This document shows, piece after piece, positions 1 through 11,312 of a DNA stretch of 64,000 nt. Positions within the stretch are counted from its first letter, which is position 1. Each line of letters opens with the position of its first letter. A program made the translations under genes and the position numbers. Origin of the DNA: Eledone cirrhosa (Eukaryota); the NCBI GenBank assembly GCA_964016885.1, contig OZ024741.1, positions 116,870,001 through 116,934,000 on the forward strand, given 5' to 3'. The notes under the pieces are model-generated. The model ran no database searches, was not told the origin of the DNA, and saw only the letters and a list, made by a program, of their open reading frames with translations.

Positions 1-1029
1 GAGCCTTCCCACGGCTCGTCTCGCTGACCGAGCTGCAGTCCTGGGTCAAGCAAAGACCGAGGAAAATGGGCGACTGGCACATCGAATGTGCTCAGGCGCT
101 CACAGCCCTCTGGCAGGCGGACCCGGCGATCAGTGGAGACTCCACTTCGTCATTCTATAGAGAGTTGATCCGCAGCAAGTGCGACGACGCGCTCGGTGAA
201 ACTCTAGGCGTAGAGGAAGATGAACTGGCCAGTCTGTTCGGTAGGACCTTCCACCCGGGACCGATGGACAACTTACAAAAGTCCCTGGCCTGGCAGTGCT
301 ACCGAGGAGCTCTACCAGTTCGAGACAAGCTCTACACACATGGGCGCCCGAGCAGGGACCCTGCAAAAAAGATCTGTCCGAGGTGCGTGCGTAGCGAAGA
401 AACCGTCGCGCACGCATTCATACACTGCCCGGGCGTCACCGACCTGTGGGGCTATGTAGAACGACTATTGTCGCGGGTGGGACCAATCCGGTTGACGACC
501 GAGTCCATTGTCATGATCAAACCGCCACCCTCCTTCAAAAACGAAGGAGAGGCGGTTTTCCTTTGTGTGATAGCTATGGGAAAGAGGTTGTATGGTGGAC
601 AAGGTTGAAAGGGCTGAGGTCAGACACCTTTCTCTCCGGCCAACAACTGATTCTTTTTTTCAAATACCACTTTGGAAGAAGAATCAGGGTGGAGAGAGAG
701 GTGCTGTACCCCAGCAAGTTTTATGAAAGGTGGGTGAAAGTGGCGAGAATGGCCCGAGTGAATGGGCCTTCTCTCTATATCAGCCCGTAGGTTGAGGAAA
801 ATGAGGAGGATAGGAAATGAGTACAAACTCTTCGTACTCCTGGAGATGAGGGTTTCACATTTTTTCGGGCGTATGTGTTACCCATATAAACTGTTCCCCC
901 CTATTGGGGAAAATCGACTAATTTTTTAAATTGCATTTGTGATAACATTTTACACGTTTTTATTGTATGTAAACTTCCCCCTTTGTATTTGTCCCCTTCT
1001 TTTGTGCCCCTGTGGCTAATAAAGAAACA

Positions 1030-1030
<1 letters not shown>
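1..1030 (+). mobile_element. Tx1-clade (L1 group) non-LTR retrotransposon, 3' end of ORF2 (zf-RVT-like Cys/His motif) plus 3' UTR; frameshifted
   Basis: ORF 66..608 has LAWQCYRGALPV...CPRC...ETVAHAFIHC...LW, typical of the L1/Tx1 ORF2 C-terminus. It continues in another frame (VVWWTR...RWVKVARMARVNG, stop at 790). The UTR ends AATAAAGAAACAT at 1018-1030, followed by (TC)n. Confidence 0.85.
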
Positions 1031-1121
<91 letters not shown>

Positions 1122-1417
1122 CACAGATATATATAACTGTATGTCTACCAACACATCTACACACACAGATATGATGTGTATATATAGGTATATATATATA
1201 TATATATGTATGTGTTCTGTGTGTGTATAAATATATGTATATATATGTATATATATATGTATGTGTTCTGTGTGTGTATAAATATATGTATATATATGTA
1301 TATATATGTATATATATATAGGTATATGTATATATATATATATGAATGTGTTCTGTGTGTGTATAAATATATGTATATATATGTATATATATATATAAAT
1401 ATGTGTATATATATATA

Positions 1418-1471
<54 letters not shown>

Positions 1472-1587
1472 TATGTATATATATATATACATACATATAT
1501 ATATATATACATATACCTATATATACACACCATACCTCTGTGTGTCTATGTGTTGGTACACATACATTTATATATATATATAAAACA

Positions 1588-1622
<35 letters not shown>

Positions 1623-1655
1623 CATTTATATATATATATATATATATATATCATT

Positions 1656-1689
<34 letters not shown>

Positions 1690-1691
1690 TC

Positions 1692-1747
<56 letters not shown>

Positions 1748-1832
1748 CATTTATATATATATTTATATATATATATATGTATGACATTTATATATATATA
1801 TATATGTATGACATATATATATATATATATAC
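1031..1832. repeat. Compound (TC)n/(TA)n microsatellite with short repeated spacers
   Basis: Direct reading; spacers such as ATGTGTTCTGTGTGTGTATAAAT and CATTTATA recur. Confidence 0.95.
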
Positions 1833-1837
1833 CTATC

Positions 1838-1962
1838 TTCAGAAGATCTCGTTAAGGGTGAAAGCAGCCATTCTCTGCTTAAACTTTAATCTGTTATTTT
1901 AATAAATATTTGGTCTATGGTTTTTATATATTTGATATATATTTATCCTTATCGAGCCCTCT
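1838..1962 (+). repeat. Short interspersed element, same family as 59920-60140
   Basis: AAGGGTGAAAGCAGC..ATTCT.TGCTTAAACTTTAATCTGTTATTTTAATAAATATTT...CCTTATCGAGCCCTCT is shared with 59920-60140; flanked by (TA)n. Confidence 0.8.
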
Positions 1963-1979
1963 GTATTTGATATATATGT

Positions 1980-2042
<63 letters not shown>

Positions 2043-2172
2043 GTTGAAGGAAACGACAAAACAGAGGTACAAAAGGTCTTATTAGTTTCACGCTTTATAT
2101 GGAAAAGGAGAATAAAGTTCGGCGTGTCGGGCTTTAGCCCTTCTTCGGGAGTACAAAAATAGAGACAGGGTC

Positions 2173-2213
<41 letters not shown>

Positions 2214-2285
2214 ACACAGAGGCACAAATACACATATAAATATATATGTGCGTATATCCATACAAAGATACACACCTATATATAT

Positions 2286-2335
<50 letters not shown>

Positions 2336-2342
2336 CAACTAG

Positions 2343-2530
2343 TTATCGCTCTACATGACTTAATACAATAAATGTAATCTGAGTTTTTCGAATATTAATA
2401 ACAATATTCGATTCGTTTGTAATTATGCAAACAGCCTCTTTTATAAGCATGTCAGTAGAATGAGTCCCTCATTCTCACTTTTAAGAGGCTGTTTGTATAA
2501 TTGCAAACAAATCAAATATTATTATTAATA
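2343..2530. repeat. Short interspersed element with terminal fold-back; second copy at about 31711-31838 in the opposite orientation
   Basis: 2393-2442 is inverted at 2482-2530; TTATCGCTCTACATG...AGTAGAATGAG matches the reverse complement of 31711-31838. Confidence 0.75.
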
Positions 2531-2537
2531 TATATAA

Positions 2538-2730
2538 GGGCAGCGGATTTGCAGTATCGGTAGAGGGTCGGGCGCTATGCTTTGACGCACAGAGTTACGG
2601 CCCTTGCCATTCTGAGTTCGAATCCCGCCGAGGTTAACTTTGCTTTTCATCCTTACGGGGTCGATAAAATAAAGTACTAGTAATGCACTGGGTAATTGCT
2701 GGCCTTGTGCCAAAAGTAGAAACAATTATT
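2538..2730 (+). mobile_element. tRNA-derived SINE with Deu/Nin-like central domain
   Basis: A-box-like GCAGTATCGGTAG, B box GAGTTCGAATCCC, core TTTCATCCTTACGGGGTCGATAAAATAAAGTAC, tail GGCCTTGTGCCAAAAGTAGAAACAATT; at least 8 copies in the window. Confidence 0.85.
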
Positions 2731-2905
2731 AATATATATATATATATATATTTAAATGCATATATATATAAATGAACACATACCCACACACATATATATA
2801 TACATACATGTACATATATACATGCATGTATATACATACATGTATATGCATACATATATATATATATATATATATAATATAATATATATATATATAATAT
2901 ATAAA

Positions 2906-3070
2906 TGGCACAAGGCCAGCAATTACCAGTGTATTACTGGTACTTTATTTTATCGACCCCGTAAGGATGAAAGGCAAAGTTAACCTCGGCGGGATTTGAA
3001 CTCAGAATGGAAAGGGCCGTAACTCTGTGTCAAAACATGGCGTCCGACCCTCTACCGATAGTGCCAATCC
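2906..3070 (-). mobile_element. tRNA-derived SINE (Deu/Nin-like), inverted relative to 2538-2730
   Basis: Reverse complement of the same consensus. Confidence 0.85.
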
Positions 3071-3151
3071 AATATAATATAATATATATATATATAATAT
3101 ATAATATAATATAATATATATATATATATATATATATTATATTATATATAT

Positions 3152-3194
<43 letters not shown>

Positions 3195-3218
3195 CATATA
3201 TATTATATTATATTATAT

Positions 3219-3259
<41 letters not shown>

Positions 3260-3346
3260 CATATATATTATATTATATTATATATTATATATATATATAT
3301 ATATATATTCATACACACACATATATATATATACATACATATATAT

Positions 3347-3449
<103 letters not shown>

Positions 3450-4170
3450 TACATATATAAATATATAAATATATATATATATATATATACACATATATTT
3501 ATATTTAAGGAATATTCTTCTTACCTGTAAAATTTCTCGATCAACCCACTCTGACTGACAGCTTAACTGTAGAATGTCTCTTGGTAATTTGTATGTAGAT
3601 AAATGCCGACAATTTTAGCAATATGATTAAAAATGATGCTGTCAGCATTATCATTATTGATGTTATTATCGTTGTTGTTGCTGCTGTTATTGTAATAGGA
3701 GTAGCTGTTGTTGTTTTCGTAATGCTAAATCCGAACTCGAACTGAACATACGCGAAGAAATACGAGGAAGTAAAAAGAAATCCATGTATGTATGTATGTA
3801 TGTATGTATGTATGTATGTATGTATGTATGTATGTATGTATGTATGTATGTATGTATGTATGTATGCATGTATGTATGTATCTATGTATGTATGTATGTA
3901 CGCATGTATGTACGTATGTATGTATGTATGTACGTATATATGTATGTATTTATCTATCTATGTATGCATGTAAGTATTAATGTATGTATGTATTAATTTA
4001 TGAATGTATGCATGTGTATGTACATATATATATATATGTCTGCGTAGTATATGAATATCTATATAAATCAAAAAGATATATAAAAATATATATATGTATA
4101 TACATATATACATACATATGTCTATGTATGATGTATGTATATATATTTATTTATGCCGGTTTTGTATATA

Positions 4171-4213
<43 letters not shown>

Positions 4214-4389
4214 TTATGTATAATGGTAAATGCCTCCCCTTCAGTGGATTAGAGTCTGTCTAATCCTTCTGTATTATAACATCAGTTGAGTAGGAAGAAG
4301 AAAAACGAAGTAGGTAGAGAAGAGGAGGGGTTGGGGTGAGAAACAACAAAAACACAAACACAAAACAAATGAAAATAAGGCATATTGAT

Positions 4390-4930
4390 AATGAAGGTGG
4401 TGGTGATGGTGGTGGTGGTGGTGGTGGTGGTGGTGGAGGTTGTGGTGGTGATGGTAGTGGTGGTGATGGTAGTGATGAATAGTGGTGATGGAGGTTGTGG
4501 TGGTGATGGTAGTGGTGGTGGTGGTGGTGGTGGTGGAGGTTGTGGTGGTGATGGTAGTGGTGGTGGTGGTGGTAGTGGTGATGAATAGTGGTGGTGGAGG
4601 TTGTGGTGGTGGTGGTGGTGGTGGTGATGGTAGTGATGAATAGTGGTGATGGAGGTTGTGGTGGTGATGGTAGTGGTGGTGGAGGTTGTGGTGGTGGTGA
4701 TGGTGGTGGTGATGGTAGTGATGAATAGTGGTGATGGAGGTTGTGGTGGTGATGGTAGTATTGGAGGTTGTGGTGGTGTTGATGGTGGTGGTGATAGCGG
4801 TTGTTGTAGTGGTGGTGGTGGTGGTGTTGGGGGGGGGGGGGTGATGGTAGTGGTAGTGGTGGTGGAGGTTGTGGTCGTGGTGGTGGTAGTGGTGCTGGTA
4901 GGGGGGTTGCTATTAGTAGTGGTGTTGATT
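4390..4930. repeat. Degenerate (GGT)n low-complexity tract
   Basis: GGT repeats with a recurring GGTAGTGATGAATAGT spacer. Confidence 0.9.
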
Positions 4931-5759
4931 GTAACCCTGGGATAATAGTGGTTGTATTGATGGCGGGGTGTGGTGTGGTAGGTAGGTTTGATGTGAAAGA
5001 AGAAGGAGGAGGCAGAGGATGAGAAGGAGGAGGAGGAGGAGGAGGGGGAGAAGAAGAAGAAGAAGAAGAAGAAGAAGAAGAAGAAGAAGAAGAAGGGATG
5101 AAAACTGAGAATGGAGGTGTGAAAATTGTTGAAAGAGAAAATTATGAGATGAGAGGTGGAGAGAGTGTGTATGTGTGTTTTTATGTATATATGTGAATGT
5201 GTGTGTGTGTGTTACTGTTTGTATGTGTGTGTGTGTTACTGTTTGTATATGTGTGTATATACGGTTTGTATGTGTAGGGGAGAAACATCCAATTGACCGT
5301 ACGACTCACATTGATAACAAGCGAAACTCACATATACTCACAATGATATATATATATGTGTTTGTGTGTGTGTTTATGTGTGTGTACCACCACTACTGCT
5401 ACTATTACTACGACCTCTACCACAGCCACTACTACAATAGCAACAACAACAACAACAACACACACTCTCACACACACACTCACACAACACTCACACACAT
5501 TCTCTCTTCATACAATCACACATTTCCGCCTAACAACAAACCACGTGATATAACAATAGATATAACAAAATGGTGGAGATGGTTGTCGCGGTAGTTGTGA
5601 AGGTGGTGGCGGTGATCATTGTCCGAATGGAAATGGTGGTAACCGCCATGGGGGAGGTGGATGTCCCGGTGATAGAATTGGTGGCATTTTACCTGGTCGT
5701 GATGGTGGTGTTGGTGGTGGTGTTGGACGTCGCTGTCGTTTCCAGGGTGTAAATGATGG

Positions 5760-6426
5760 TAATGATGGTGATGGTGGTGGTTCTGGTGTTGGTGGTGTTG
5801 GTGGTGGTAGTGGTGGTGATAGTGGTGTTGGTGGTGATGGAGTTGGTGGTGGTAGTGGTGGTGATAGTGGTGTTGGTGGTGGTGGAGTTGGTAGTGGTAG
5901 TGATAGTGGTGTTGGTGGGGGTGGAGTTGGTGGTGGTAGTGGTGGTGATAGTGGTGTTGGTGGTGGTGGAGTTGGTAGTGGTGGTGATAGTGGTGTTGGT
6001 GGGGGTGGTGGTAGTAGTGGTGGTGGGGGTGGAGTTGGTGGTGGTAGTGGTGGTGATAGTGGTGTTGGTGGTGGTGGAGTTGGTGGTGGTAGTGGTGGTG
6101 ATAGTGGTGTTGGTGGTGGTGGAGTTGGTAGTGGTGGTGATAGTGGTGTTGGTGGGGGTGGTGTTGGTAGTGGTGGTGGTAGTGGTGGTGGGGGTGGAGT
6201 TGGTGGTGGTAGTGGTGGTGATAGTGGTGTTGGTGGTGGTGGAGTTGGTGGTGGTAGTGGTGGTGATAGTGGTGTTGGTGGGGGTGGAGTTGGTTGTGGT
6301 AGTGGTAGTGATTCTGGTGTTGGTGGTGGTGGAGTTGGTGGTGGTGGAGTTGGTGGTGGTAGTGGTGGTGATTGTGGTAGTGGTGGTGGGGGTGGAGTTG
6401 GTGGTGGTAGTGGTGGTGGTGGTGGG
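5760..6426. repeat. (GGT)n-derived minisatellite, about 39-45 bp higher-order unit
   Basis: Unit like GGTGGTAGTGGTGGTGATAGTGGTGTTGGTGGTGGTGGAGTTGGT repeated more than ten times. Confidence 0.9.
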
Positions 6427-6799
6427 ATGAAAGTGAAAGTACGATTCCTGTTGATAGCCGAAATGAGAAGCGATGAGTGGATTAGAAAGCGATTTCTCTC
6501 TCAATTCATCGGATACTGTTTATTATCTGTTGAGGGGGCGTGTCTAATGGGCGGAAAAACAGCGCAGAGACGAGAAATAAAAGAAAGAAGGTAAATCAAT
6601 AAATAAATTAACAAATAAAACATTTAGCCACGCCTACTTCAGACAGTTTCCGACTCTCGCAGTCGAGAGACTTGCAACTGTTAATCTATTTTTTCTTCTT
6701 CTTCTCTCTCTATCTCTCTCCCAGTCTCGATTTATCACACACCTTTTCTCCCTTACTTTCACCGCTCTCTCTCTCTCCTCCCCTCTCTCTTTTCTTTCG

Positions 6800-6851
<52 letters not shown>

Positions 6852-6895
6852 ATTCATATGCATCTATAATAAATCTATCTATATATATGTGTATA

Positions 6896-7086
6896 TAGGA
6901 AAATGTATGACCCCGACGGCAGAGCTCAAGCCGTTTCGACAGCTATTTCTGGACTAAATTCTAATTTAGTCCAGAAATAGCCGTCGAAACAGCTTGAGCT
7001 CTGCCGTCGGGGTCATACATTTTCCTATTACCCACTCTACTATCCTAAGTATTGAGTACTCTGGTGCGTTATGGTCCATCTGGTTC
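6896..7086 (+). mobile_element. Family A short fold-back element in (TA)n with a hammerhead 3' half (Penelope-like pLTR fragment inferred)
   Basis: Palindrome 6896-7028 plus tail ACCCACTCTACTA.CCTAAGTATTGAGTACT.TGGTGCGTTATGGTCCA...CTTCGT; other copies at 8751, 18431, 29086 and 58388. Confidence 0.75.
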
Positions 7087-7318
7087 CTTACCACAACTCC
7101 TTCGTTATATATATATATATATACATATATACATATATATATATATATTATATAAGTATATATACATATGTATAGATAGATGTATTATATATACATATAA
7201 CTATATATATATATATAATGCGATGAAATACCAATGATCGTTGGCAAATCACTGATGAGAGACTCATTTTATAACATGTAATCCATGTGCAACCATGCAG
7301 TATTCTTCTCCCCATATT

Positions 7319-7390
<72 letters not shown>

Positions 7391-7727
7391 CTGTATACAC
7401 ACACACACACATATATACATGTGTGTGCATATATGTATGTTCGTGTGTTTATGTGTGTATGTATGTATGTATGTATGTATGTGTGTGTGTATGTATGTAT
7501 GTGTGTATGTATGTGTGTATGTATGTGTGTGTGTGTGTGTGTGTGTGAGTGTGTATGTATGTATGTATGTATGTATGTATGTATGTATGTATGTATGTAT
7601 GTATGTGTGTGTGTTTATGTATCTATACCACGCGGCTACTTGCGGTAAATATTCAATATTTTCTGTATTTAGTTTACTTTAGCTCAATTGTTCCAGTTTG
7701 TTAAGTTCACACAGGTACATACTCATA

Positions 7728-7820
7728 CATAAACACACATAGCCACACATAAACACACATAGCCATACATAAACACACATAGCCACACATAAACACACAT
7801 AGCCACACATAAACACACAT
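7728..7820. repeat. 20-bp tandem repeat ACATAAACACACATAGCCAC
   Basis: About 4.5 copies read directly. Confidence 0.9.
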
Positions 7821-7988
7821 ATATAAATGTTTGGTTTATGGATTCGTGCAATAAAAACACTAAATCTGCATTCAATGAAGAACTCACATATTGCTTATAG
7901 TGTTAACACTTTTGTGAGAAGCCAGGTTGAATTATTCAATGTTTCAACCCGGCCTCTCAAAAAATATTTAGAAATAAACGCTCACAAT

Positions 7989-8037
<49 letters not shown>

Positions 8038-8068
8038 TATATATATATATATATATATTCCTATTTCC

Positions 8069-8100
<32 letters not shown>

Positions 8101-8625
8101 TATATTATATATTATATAATTATATAGTTTATTATATATTATATGTGTTACTTTTAATCATTTCATTACTTCATGTATATTAGATATACGTGTTATTATT
8201 ATTTTTATTCCTATTATGCTTATTTATATTTAAACTCTTAATAAGGTTTAATGTGTGCTGTTAATGATGGATATGTGTATTGATGTAGATGTATATGTGC
8301 GTACGTGTGCATACATATATACATATGTATATTGTGCCTTTTAATTTTAATTTTTAATTTTAATTTTAATATTGTTACAAGTATATTATATTATATTATA
8401 TAGTATTATATATAATTCCCGCTCTATATAACCACCTTTGTTTAGCTCTAGGTTTTTTTTTTGCTTTGGACTATATTTGTAATATGGTTCATAATGTTAT
8501 ACACCTCCTTAGTGATTTTTATTATATATTTTTACCCATAATCTTGCAATACTTTAGTGTATGTACACTCCATATTCTTCGGAGTTTTCGGCTTGTATTG
8601 GCCGATAGTACTTCTTGTGGTTTTG

Positions 8626-8670
8626 ATTGCCCTGATGAGTCCTTAATAGGACGAAACATTGTTGGCTAAT
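8626..8670 (+). ncRNA. Minimal type-I hammerhead ribozyme
   Basis: ATTGCC-CTGATGA-GTCCT taat AGGAC-GAAA-C att G-TT-GGC(t)AAT: intact core, 5-bp stem II, stem I with one bulge, GUU triplet. Confidence 0.75.
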
Positions 8671-8824
8671 AAAGACTTTTGATGTATTGAAGGCTTCTTT
8701 GTTTTATTTTCATAATATTTTCATAATTTTCATAAATATATATATATATATTTTCCTATTACCCACTCTACTACCCTAAGTATTGAGTACTCTGGTGCGT
8801 TATGGTCCATCTGGTTCCTTACCA

Positions 8825-8899
<75 letters not shown>

Positions 8900-8904
<5 letters not shown>

Positions 8905-9078
8905 CAAAAGGGATATTTAATTTGTTGGTAATTCAACAAATATATATATTTATAACTGATTCGAAGCACTCGACAAAGTTTTCTGGAGTATAATATCAAT
9001 GATATTAATAAATGGAAACTATATTTATAAAACCATATTTATTCTATTATATATATTTCAAGGGTACCAAAACTTTGG
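8900..9078 (-). mobile_element. Family B hammerhead-bearing short element, truncated within stem II
   Basis: Shares AAATGGAAACTATATTTATAAAACCATATTTATTCTATTATATATATTTCAAGGGTACC with the 25385, 31866 and 40400 copies. Confidence 0.75.
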
Positions 9079-9083
9079 ATATA

Positions 9084-9175
<92 letters not shown>

Positions 9176-9337
9176 TAGAGTACATATATTTCTTATAATG
9201 ATTTGATACATGTATTAGTGAAGGAAATCAACCTTAATGCATCCAAACTGTAGCGATTTTCAGAGGTTGACAGAGGAGATGGGACTGTCCGTCTTTCAGT
9301 TGTTTTGTCTATTGTCTTTGAATTTATATATATATAT

Positions 9338-9516
9338 AATAATTATTTCTATTTTTGGCACAAGGCCAGCAATTATGCCAGTACATTACTGGTACTTTAT
9401 TTTATCGACCCCGTAAGGATGAAAGGCAAAGTTAACCTCGGCGGGATTTGAACTCAAGAGCCGTAACTCTATACGTCAAAGCATGGCGTCCGACCCTCTA
9501 CCGATACTGCCATTCC
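9338..9516 (-). mobile_element. tRNA-derived SINE (Deu/Nin-like)
   Basis: Reverse complement of the 2538-2730 consensus. Confidence 0.85.
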
Positions 9517-9520
9517 AAAT

Positions 9521-9900
9521 GGTTTCTTTATTAACCATGCAGGGCTCACATTAAGGAAACATTAAAGACGGTGCAGGACGATACAGTGTAGAATAAAATT
9601 TATAACAGAGTTTAAGAAAATAAACATTTTAAAAATAACCAACATAACAAATTCCGCAATGGTTACTCGTGGAGAAAGGTCACAATGGTTACTCGTGGAG
9701 AAAGGTCACAAAAAGGTCACTGACCTCTATGGCAAGCGCCCTCTCCCAGTTTTCCTTCAATACTACAGACACACGTTCAGGGCAGGCCCATTCACACGAG
9801 CCATTCTTGCCTCTCCCACCCACATTTCAACTAATTTGCTGGAAAGCTACATTTACCTCTCTACCTTGATATTCCTTTTCAGGTGAAACCTGAAAAAGTT
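9521..9900 (-). mobile_element. Tx1-clade 3' fragment related to 1-1030
   Basis: Minus strand encodes ...MWVGEARMARVNGPAL.. (compare RWVKVARMARVNGPSL) and ends TGTGAGCCCTGCATGGTTAATAAAGAAACC (compare TGTGCCCCTGTGGCTAATAAAGAAAC). Confidence 0.8.
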
Positions 9901-10222
9901 ATAATGATAATAGGTATAAATCGACGTTGTAGCCGCACTAGAGCAGATACCAATCGAATTGTTTGAGGCATATAAAAAAATATATGTATATATAAATACA
10001 TACATAGGTGGGGTTTTCTAGTTAAAACCATTTTCCAACTTAGCACTCTGTACGTAAGAAAAGTAGAGTGTAGATATGTTAAGGGTTTTTTATCCCACGT
10101 TTAAGCATTTACCGCTTCGAAAGGTAATAAGAAAATCTTTTTTTCACATTTTCTCTCTTGACCAGTTCTCCTTTTCGGGTAGTGTTTTCGATGCTCAGCA
10201 AGTGGAATTGGTTGAGTGCGCG

Positions 10223-10557
10223 GGAACATAGAAATAATCGGGCTGGATACCCGATCGCGCGGTTAAACCATTGGGAATGAAGGACCGCTAGCCTTTGTCA
10301 GGGCATTCTTCTAGGAGAAGGAAACTGGGTTAACTCCGACATAAAACCTGCGGCTCAGTAGTGACCGGCGATGTTGACCTTTTCTTCTTTTCGGGTTATA
10401 ACTACTCTCGCTCAGAGAGTGGGATTGGCTCAGTGCACAGTCTTTCCTCAATTTATAAAATACCTTCACGCACACGCATTGCACGATAGCATTAATTAAT
10501 TATTAATAATGTTATATCGTGCAATGGCCATACTCGATATCGAGGCGGCAGCCATCA
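10223..10557 (+). mobile_element. RTE-related bipartite non-autonomous element (subfamily 2) with (ATGT)n tail; inverted copy at 53983-54330
   Basis: RTE 5'-UTR-like motif GGCATTCTTCTAGGAGAAGGAAACT and 3' hairpin GGCCATACTCGATATCGAGGCGGCAGCCATC followed by (ATGT)n. Confidence 0.7.
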
Positions 10558-10640
10558 TGTATGTATGTATGTATGTATGTATGTATGTATGTATGTATGT
10601 ATGTATGTATGTATGTATGTATGTATGTATGTATGTATGT

Positions 10641-11245
10641 CAGGTCACCAGTTGGTGCTAGTGGTAAGATGTATCCCAGTACAACCTGTCCCATGGTCGG
10701 GTCGTTGGCGACTAAACTGGCAACCCCACAAAGGTTTCTTGGTGAGGAGAGTGACTTTGGACATCCTGCAGGACTAAAAACAAAACCTGTCAAGGGGCAA
10801 AGGAGCTCTTAAGAGTCAATGGCCATCCAAAATCACCGGGAGAGATGACCCCTTAGCCTTTGTCAAGGCAGAATTCTAGGAGAAGGAAAACTCTGATATA
10901 ACACCTGCAACCCTGATGGTATCCAATGATGTTGACTTGTTCTTCTTTTTGATAAATATCATCTTGGTTAAGAGAGTGGGACTGGCTTTGTGCAGTACCT
11001 TTGATCACTATAAAAGCTTCACGACACAGGCATTGCTTTATATCTGGAGATCTCTCTGCACTTGTAATCACATGTACCATGGGCTCAGCACTATGTGTCA
11101 GTAATTGTCACAAGTGTAGTGTTTGTACCAGAGTTTTCAAATCGCTGGCTGGATTGGAAAGTCACACTCGTTCAGCGCATCGGTAGGGGTTCTCCTACAT
11201 GGATATAAAGTAGTGGCCGTACTCGAAAACGAGTTGGCAGCCACC
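10641..11245 (+). mobile_element. RTE-derived bipartite non-autonomous element (5' UTR-like part plus last ~170 bp of an RTE), flanked by (TATG)n on both sides
   Basis: Closely similar copy at 13828-14423 with the same start; the 3' part encodes CSVCTRVFKSLAGLESHTRSAH and matches the LINE end at 54503-54685. Confidence 0.75.
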
Positions 11246-11312
11246 ATGTATGTATGTATGTATGTATGTATGTATGTATGTATGTATGTATGTATGTATG
11301 TATGTATGTATG

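Noticed and set aside
901-1902. Long YI/IY, CV, HT and MYVC ORFs here and at 33786-37429 and elsewhere
   Set aside because: Translations of (TA)n, (CA)n and (TATG)n microsatellites, which lack stop codons.
2118-2151. Minus-strand CCGAAGA-AGGGC taaa GCCC-GACA hammerhead remnant
   Set aside because: Several core substitutions; counted only as a decayed relic.
6896-7086. CRISPR-like or prokaryotic terminator interpretation of the palindromes
   Set aside because: Eukaryotic context, dispersed copies and no repeat-spacer periodicity.
10641-10730. HDV-like or twister ribozyme at the 5' end of the RTE-derived element (GTCG ttgg CGA CTAA ACTGG pairing with CCAGT)
   Set aside because: P4, J4/2 and P2 look plausible, but I could not build P1, P3 and L3 with the correct topology.
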